From an uncultured Planctomycetaceae bacterium (lineage in GTDB: Bacteria; Planctomycetota; Planctomycetia; Planctomycetales; Planctomycetaceae): 64,000 nucleotides of DNA. Where the stretch lies: positions 62,001-126,000 of the forward strand of contig CAXBME010000010.1 of NCBI GenBank assembly GCA_963976765.1, given 5' to 3'. The translations under genes and the position numbers were made by a program. A model generated the notes under the pieces. It saw nothing but the letters and a program-made list of their open reading frames with translations, was not told the DNA's origin and did not search any database. Each line of letters starts with the position of its first letter. Position 1 is the stretch's first letter. This document shows positions 58,150 through 64,000 of the stretch, piece by piece.

Positions 58150-60867
58150 TCAGGATTTCGCATCGAGCCAGTTGTCGCCGATGGCGATGTCGACGGTCAG
58201 AGGAACGTCAAGTGTGAAGGCTGATTCCATCCCGGACTTCACGAGCTGTTTCAGGGACTCGGCTTCGGACTCGGGGGTTTCGAAAACCAGTTCGTCGTGA
58301 ATCTGCAGCAACATGTTTGCAGGATGGTTTTCTGCCTTGAGAGTCCGATGAATGTTAATCATCGCTGTCTTTATCAGGTCGGCAGCGGAACCCTGGATGA
58401 CCGTGTTGACGGCAGTACGTTCGGGCATGTTGAGTTGCCCTTTGCGAGTTGATCGAATGCCGGTAATGGCTCGGCGGCGACCAAGAATGGTCTTTGCAAA
58501 GCCAGTTGCTTTGCATTCGTCGAGCGTCGTTTCCATGAAGTCAGCCACTCCGTTGTAACGATCGAAGTAGCTTTCGATGAAAGCCGCTGCCTCTTCGCGG
58601 CTGATTCCCAAAGCCGCTGCCAGGCCAAACGAACTTTGTCCGTAGATCACTCCGAAGTTGACGCCCTTCGCCATGCGGCGCTGATTGGAATCTACGTCTT
58701 CTGGAGCGATGCCGAATACTTCGGCGGCAACGGCTCGGTGAATGTCGATTCCGTCGGCGAAGGCTTTCTGCATGGCGACGTCGCCGCTGAAGTGAGCAAG
58801 AACTCGCAGTTCGATCTGTGAGTAGTCGGCACAGACCAGCTTCCAGCCAGGTTCTCCAGGAATGAAGGCTCGGCGGATTCGCTCCCCTTCGGGCGTTCGG
58901 ATCGGGATGTTCTGCAGGTTCGGATTGCTGGAACTCAGCCGGCCGGTTGCGGCAACGACCTGATTGAATGATGCGTGGATTCGCCCCGTGTCCGCGTTGA
59001 TCAGTTTTGGCAGAGCATCCAGGTAGGTGCCCTTCAGTTTGACAAGGTGCCGGTTCTCGATGATCTTTTTCGGAAGTTCGTGCATCTCGGCGAGTTGTTC
59101 GAGAACTTCCTGGTCGGTGCTTGCCCCGGTTTTTGTTTTCTTCAGGACTGGCAGACCGAGCTTGTCGAACAGGATCGCGCTCAACTGTTTCGGTGAGTCA
59201 ACGTTGAACTCTTCGTCGGCGAGTTCGTGAATTTCGTTGATCAGTTCTTCGATGCGCGAACTGACTTCGGTGTTCTGTCGACTGAGTTCTTCAGCATCGA
59301 CTTTGATGCCAGTGTGCTCAAGATCGGCCAGGACCGAGATCAGCGGGCGCTCCACGTCGTGGTAGAGATCCCAGAGTTCGTTCTTCTCCAACTCTTCGCG
59401 CATCTTTGCCCCGGTCCGAAGCATCAGGCACGCTTCGTCGGCGGAGTGTTGTGCCAGGTTCTCCGTTTTGAAACCGTCCACCGCTTCATCTTTTGGAGAC
59501 AGACGCGAAAGGGGATCAACAGGCAATCCGAAATACCGTTCGACGAGCTGCGAGAGGCCGTGGCTTCTCGATCCCGAATAGAGAAGATAGTTACCGACCA
59601 TCGTGTCCAGGCCGGGGTCAATGTTTGCGAGATTTGTTTCGGAATCTGACAGGTCAGCCGCTCGTCGCAGAGCGAGCAGTGTCCCCTTGATGTCGTGCCC
59701 CGAAATTGAAGTGTTTTTTGAGTTCAGCGCTGGCCCCAGGATATTCCAGACGATGGTTGGATCGAGCGGCTGCTCGGAAACAAGTTCGTGCAGTGGAACA
59801 AAGCTTGCTCGCCATTCGTCAGTCGCGATGGTCAAAGAAAGCACCGTTGAGCAAAGCGGATCGAGTCCGTCGAACTCGGGCCGGATCGTGACCGAATCGG
59901 CAGCCGAGATCTGTTGAGCAAGCTTTTTCAGACCGACTTCATCAGCGATGACTTGGACTGCTGGCTCACCGTCTGCAAACAGGGGGTCGGGTTCGGCGAT
60001 TGATCCTTCAGGAACGAACTCGCGAATCTCGTCGATGAATCTTCGGAATCCGCATTCCCGAAACAATTCGGTGAGGCGGTCGGGGTTGACCTGGCCGGCG
60101 ACTGCTTTGTCCCAGTCGAGGTCGAATTCAAGTTGCGTGTTCAGCTCGACAAGCTGGCGGCTGATGCGCGCCTGCTCGGCGTACGTCTTGAGATTCTCCT
60201 GAAGTTTCCTGCCCGGCGCTTTGTCAGCATTTGCCAGAACGTCCTCGAGCGTTCCGAACATGTTAAGCAGAGCACTGGCTTTCTTCGGACCGATCAGAGG
60301 CACTCCCGGGACGTTGTCAACTTTGTCGCCGACGAGCGCCTGGAAGTCGACCACCTGGTCAGGGCGGACCCCCCAGTCAGCGATGAGATCTGGCTCGTCC
60401 AGAAACGTGTCCTTGCGAACGTTGTACAGCCGGACCAGCGGGCTGATGAGCTGCCTGGCATCTTTGTCGCTCGTCACAATGTTGGCCTGGATCCCTGCCG
60501 CTTCGCAGCGGCGAGCAAGCGTCGCCAGGATATCGTCGGCTTCCCAGCCTTCAAGACCAATGACTGGAATACCAAACCCTTTAATGACCTCAACGATGAC
60601 AGGTATCTGCGGACGCAGCTCATCGGGCATCTCGTCTCGGTTGGCTTTGTACTCCTGATAAATATCTTCGCGGATGCCACGTCCCGGCAAATCCATCGCG
60701 CAAATCATGTAGTCCGGTTTGCGCAGCCGGAGAATCGTCAGCAAATCCCGCGTAAACCCGAACACCGCGTTAGTCGGTTGACCAGACGTTCCCGTCATCG
60801 GCGGGATGGCGTGAAAGACCTGAAAGACCAGCGAGAAAACATCAATGGCGTAGAGGGTTTTGCTCAT
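58150..60867 (-). CDS. polA: DNA polymerase I
   Basis: 5'-3' exonuclease motifs (EADD, GDKVDNVPGV), TGRLSS.NPNLQNIP, DYSQIELR, QGSAAD, QIHDEL. Confidence 0.98.
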   Translation of the reverse strand: MSKTLYAIDVFSLVFQVFHAIPPMTGTSGQPTNAVFGFTRDLLTILRLRKPDYMICAMDLPGRGIREDIYQEYKANRDEMPDELRPQIPVIVEVIKGFGIPVIGLEGWEADDILATLARRCEAAGIQANIVTSDKDARQLISPLVRLYNVRKDTFLDEPDLIADWGVRPDQVVDFQALVGDKVDNVPGVPLIGPKKASALLNMFGTLEDVLANADKAPGRKLQENLKTYAEQARISRQLVELNTQLEFDLDWDKAVAGQVNPDRLTELFRECGFRRFIDEIREFVPEGSIAEPDPLFADGEPAVQVIADEVGLKKLAQQISAADSVTIRPEFDGLDPLCSTVLSLTIATDEWRASFVPLHELVSEQPLDPTIVWNILGPALNSKNTSISGHDIKGTLLALRRAADLSDSETNLANIDPGLDTMVGNYLLYSGSRSHGLSQLVERYFGLPVDPLSRLSPKDEAVDGFKTENLAQHSADEACLMLRTGAKMREELEKNELWDLYHDVERPLISVLADLEHTGIKVDAEELSRQNTEVSSRIEELINEIHELADEEFNVDSPKQLSAILFDKLGLPVLKKTKTGASTDQEVLEQLAEMHELPKKIIENRHLVKLKGTYLDALPKLINADTGRIHASFNQVVAATGRLSSSNPNLQNIPIRTPEGERIRRAFIPGEPGWKLVCADYSQIELRVLAHFSGDVAMQKAFADGIDIHRAVAAEVFGIAPEDVDSNQRRMAKGVNFGVIYGQSSFGLAAALGISREEAAAFIESYFDRYNGVADFMETTLDECKATGFAKTILGRRRAITGIRSTRKGQLNMPERTAVNTVIQGSAADLIKTAMINIHRTLKAENHPANMLLQIHDELVFETPESEAESLKQLVKSGMESAFTLDVPLTVDIAIGDNWLDAKS

Positions 60868-61126
60868 CGGATTGCGATACTGCCGTCGAAAGAGTGGCGG
60901 AGCGGGGTGGGTGGAGCATAGCTGCCCGGCAATCAGAAAACTGCGCACCGGAACTCGGTGGTTGTTACCGTCGGTCGGAGCATCATCCACGTTGCCAGAA
61001 CTTTAACCGCCTTCCGTCAAAGCGATTTTATCGGTCAATTCCTTACAAACCCGCCGTCACGACAGGTCCTGCTTGAATGCTCCGACTCTTGCGGGCGTTA
61101 CAGCCCACTGATCTGTGAGATCTTTC

Positions 61127-61154
61127 TTGACTCCAACCTGGCCAGTCATAGACT
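61127..61154 (+). promoter_or_regulatory. Putative sigma-70 promoter
   Basis: TTGACT-N16-TAGACT about 200 bp upstream of the 61351 ORF. Confidence 0.45.
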
Positions 61155-61350
61155 TGTGAACTTCATGGTCCCGCCTGTTTTGCGCACAAGAAGTGCGGAC
61201 CATCCCCGAGGGCAATTCCACCTTCATTTCTACAGGGTGCGCGACTTCACGATCCGCTGAGCGGAACGGTCCCGCTTCTATTCCGACTCTGAACTTCTAA
61301 CGTTTCACGCTGAACTCGAACGGTCAGAGTCTGAACTCAAAGGTGCTGGT

Positions 61351-62934
61351 ATGGCTGCTTCAAACAAATCCGTCGGCTTGCAGATCACTCTTGCCATTTT
61401 TGCGATGCTGGCGGTAATCGGTTGGGTCGCCTTCTACATGCAGTTCCGCGAACTGGCCGATAATCAGACTCGATTCGCCACGGCAGCAGCTGATAAGCAG
61501 GCTGCGGAAAACGCCGCCCGAAAGGGTCTGGACGATGTGGAAACGTTCAAACGGGTCGCCGGGTATAACCAGTCTGAAGTCGGTGATGCCGACCAGAGCG
61601 TTGCCAACACCGTTGTTGGTGCCATCATGACGGACCTCGGAAAAGTCAATGCGGCTCATGGACCTCTTCCGACGACGAATCTTGCCGCCGCCATCGAGTT
61701 TCTCTCGCAGCGGGTGACGGACCTGACCAACGAACGCGAGCAGCTTCAGACCCAGCTCGCCACACGAAACACCGAACTCGCCGCGTTGCGTGGCCAGTAT
61801 CAGCGGCAGGTCGACACTCATCAGACGGCTCGGCGGTCTGCCGAAACGGACCTGGCAAACCTTCGTGACACAACGAAAGAACAGCTCGACGCCAGGCAGC
61901 AACAGATCGAAGACCTGCGTCGAAACCTGAACGAAGTGCAGATCGAATTCGACGAAGCCACAGCCACCTGGACCGCCGAACGCAAGAATTATGTTGAGAA
62001 CGAAGATCAGCTTGTGCTTCAGGTCGACGATCTGCGTGAGAAACTGAAAGCAGCCACGCGAGTCAGCTTTGAACGTCCGGACGGCCTGGTTCGCTGGATC
62101 GACAATACCGCTGGTCTGGTCTGGATCAACCTTGGCTCGCAGGACCGATTGCGGCTGCGAACGACGTTCTCTGTTTACCGCAAGGCTCATCACGGAGTCG
62201 CTCGCGGCGCGGAAGATATCAAAGGGCAGATCGAGGTGACTCGAATCATCGATAACCACACCGCAGAAGCCCGCATCCTGAACGACGACATTTACGATCC
62301 AATTTCAAAGGGCGATCCGGTTTACACTCCATTGTGGAGTCCGGGCCGAACAGAAACGTTCGCGATTGTCGGTCTGGTTGATCTTGATCAGGACGGCGTT
62401 CTTGACCGCGACCAGTTTCACGACATCGTGGAAGACGCCGGAGCACGACTGAACCACGAAGTTCTGGATGATGGCAACCGGATTCGCTACGAAGGGTTTC
62501 CCGATAAGTTTCTCAACTGGTCAGAAGACAGCCCCACGCTGGATTCAGATACGAAGTATCTGATCCTTGCCGATATTCCCGACCCGGCCCTCGCGATTCG
62601 AGAAGAAGATGTTGCCATTCGAAAAGCAATTTCTGCTCATCTTGATGCCATGCGGAAGGAAGCTCGCCTGAAGGGGATTGAAGAAATTCGCTTGAGTGAT
62701 TTTCTGGAACACATTGGCTACCGGCCTCAACGCCGACTCTACATCCCAGGTCTCGTTGACCGCCCATTCAATCTTCGAGCTGGAGCCGCCAGCGTCGGGA
62801 CCAACGAAGTCGTCGGCGATCGTACAGCGGCCGGAGCCGTGTCCGGAATTTACGGTCGCAGCAAGAAGCTGAAGCCGCAGTCTTCCGCTGGCCAGACTTC
62901 GGAGCTGTACCGAGGCGGTTCAGTCGGCAACTGA
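61351..62934 (+). CDS. Membrane-anchored coiled-coil protein of unknown function
   Basis: N-terminal TM, long heptad region, C-terminal globular part (VWINLGS.D.L, YTPLWSPG). Confidence 0.8.
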   Translation: MAASNKSVGLQITLAIFAMLAVIGWVAFYMQFRELADNQTRFATAAADKQAAENAARKGLDDVETFKRVAGYNQSEVGDADQSVANTVVGAIMTDLGKVNAAHGPLPTTNLAAAIEFLSQRVTDLTNEREQLQTQLATRNTELAALRGQYQRQVDTHQTARRSAETDLANLRDTTKEQLDARQQQIEDLRRNLNEVQIEFDEATATWTAERKNYVENEDQLVLQVDDLREKLKAATRVSFERPDGLVRWIDNTAGLVWINLGSQDRLRLRTTFSVYRKAHHGVARGAEDIKGQIEVTRIIDNHTAEARILNDDIYDPISKGDPVYTPLWSPGRTETFAIVGLVDLDQDGVLDRDQFHDIVEDAGARLNHEVLDDGNRIRYEGFPDKFLNWSEDSPTLDSDTKYLILADIPDPALAIREEDVAIRKAISAHLDAMRKEARLKGIEEIRLSDFLEHIGYRPQRRLYIPGLVDRPFNLRAGAASVGTNEVVGDRTAAGAVSGIYGRSKKLKPQSSAGQTSELYRGGSVGN

Positions 62935-62982
62935 TCCAACCGATCAACACCGTCCTGCACGGCTCTTTCAGAAATCCAATCG

Positions 62983-63016
62983 AAACGCCCGACTGTGAGT
63001 GCAGTCGGGCGTTTTG
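62983..63016 (+). terminator. Intrinsic terminator
   Basis: AAACGCCCGACTG-TGAGTG-CAGTCGGGCGTTTT. Confidence 0.8.
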
Positions 63017-63038
63017 CATTCATCAGCCCGCGAACGCC

Positions 63039-63779
63039 TTACGTTGCATCAGCCACCGCTGTTACCAGCAAGAGCATGCCGATCAGCACCAGGCAGACAT
63101 GGACGACTCGAATGAACTGCTCTGTCGACACTGACTTTGTGAGGCTACGTCCAACGAATGCGGCGACGATGGTCAGCGGCAAACACATCGCGCTCAGGCG
63201 AATGACATCAGCGGTAACGGCTCCGCGCGAAATATGCATCGCCAGAACCGTCGTGCCTCCCAGCAGAAAATAGCTTTGAAGGTTCGCTCGAAATTTCCCG
63301 GCTGGCCATTGCCGCAACGTTCCGAAGATCACAAGAGGCGGTCCAGCGGTGTTGTAGGCGCCACCGAGAATTCCGGCGGCGAGTCCGAATGCTGGAGCCC
63401 ATCTGGCTGGCAGCACGCAGATGGCCTTCCGACTCGAAAGTGACCAGACAGCAAAACCGATGACAACTATGGCCAGCAGAACTTTGATCGCCGCCTCGCT
63501 ACCTGCACTGAGTAACCAGATGCCGATGGGAATTCCCAATAGAGCGGCGATCGTTAACGTTCCCGTTTCGCGAAAACTGACCTGACGCCATTCCCTGGAC
63601 AGGATCAGAATGGCGTTGAACGAAGAGACGACAGCAACGAGCGGTGCAGCCGTCTGAGACGGAATGACGAACGCCAGCAACGGCATGGCAATCAACGCCT
63701 CGCCAAAGCCAAGCGTCGATCTGACCAGAGATCCCACAAAGATGATTCCGCAGACGAATCCGACATCGAATGAATCCAT
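63039..63779 (-). CDS. TauE/SafE-family sulfite exporter-like membrane protein
   Basis: GFGEALIAMPLL, G..AGILGGAYNTAGPP, FRA.LQ. Confidence 0.88.
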   Translation of the reverse strand: MDSFDVGFVCGIIFVGSLVRSTLGFGEALIAMPLLAFVIPSQTAAPLVAVVSSFNAILILSREWRQVSFRETGTLTIAALLGIPIGIWLLSAGSEAAIKVLLAIVVIGFAVWSLSSRKAICVLPARWAPAFGLAAGILGGAYNTAGPPLVIFGTLRQWPAGKFRANLQSYFLLGGTTVLAMHISRGAVTADVIRLSAMCLPLTIVAAFVGRSLTKSVSTEQFIRVVHVCLVLIGMLLLVTAVADAT

Positions 63780-64000
63780 GTGAGAACGCAACCTGAAATG
63801 AACAGTTGACCGATTTTCCGAACCGTTTGGCAAAGTGCGCCACAGGCTGCGCCGGTTCCTTTTGGTTTGGCAGCTGAAACGATTTCGCCGGGGAAAAACG
63901 GTGGCACATTTCAGGCTGTAACTGGCTTCTGATATGCCGAGTTTCGCAGGTCAGGCCGTCCACGGCGACTGTCGTGAACCACGTTTCCGATACAGAGCGA

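Noticed and set aside
1..64000. Prophage, IS, integron, retron or defence island
   Set aside because: No integrase, transposase, reverse transcriptase or phage structural motifs among the ORFs; vsr, PLD and DinG are scattered in housekeeping contexts.

Overview
A 64-kb core-chromosome window, probably from a Planctomycetota genome. That assignment is inferred from the PVC-type CxxCH multidomain protein, ASPIC/UnbV, HEAT-repeat and ceramidase-like proteins, a divergent CsrA paralog and short periodic intergenic palindromes. About 45 genes are supportable: housekeeping (aroB, hisC, pyk, pgpA, uppS, cdsA, polA, parB, DinG), signalling (two sigma-54 activators, a sensorless histidine kinase, an FHA-GAF-PP2C phosphatase) and secreted or membrane proteins. 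I saw no rRNA, tRNA, CRISPR array, transposase or integrase. The most striking locus is 38.8-42.4 kb. Two identical perfect parS-type palindromes (CGTTCCACGTGGAACG), each with an extra half-site, lie in frame inside a GT-C glycosyltransferase gene. They are followed by a ~190-nt rod-like structured RNA candidate (6S-like in size and shape) and a parB gene with no neighbouring parA. Other notable points: a FabF-like protein whose Cys-His-His triad reads Glu-His-Asn, an HtrA-like protein with its catalytic Ser apparently replaced by Ala next to an intact trypsin-like protease, a sigma-54 promoter with three upstream 14-bp boxes ahead of hsp20, a candidate ~110-nt sRNA at 21.3 kb, an orphan vsr and REP-type repeats. 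All calls come from reading motifs by eye; no database search or folding program was run, so none of these is shown to be novel.
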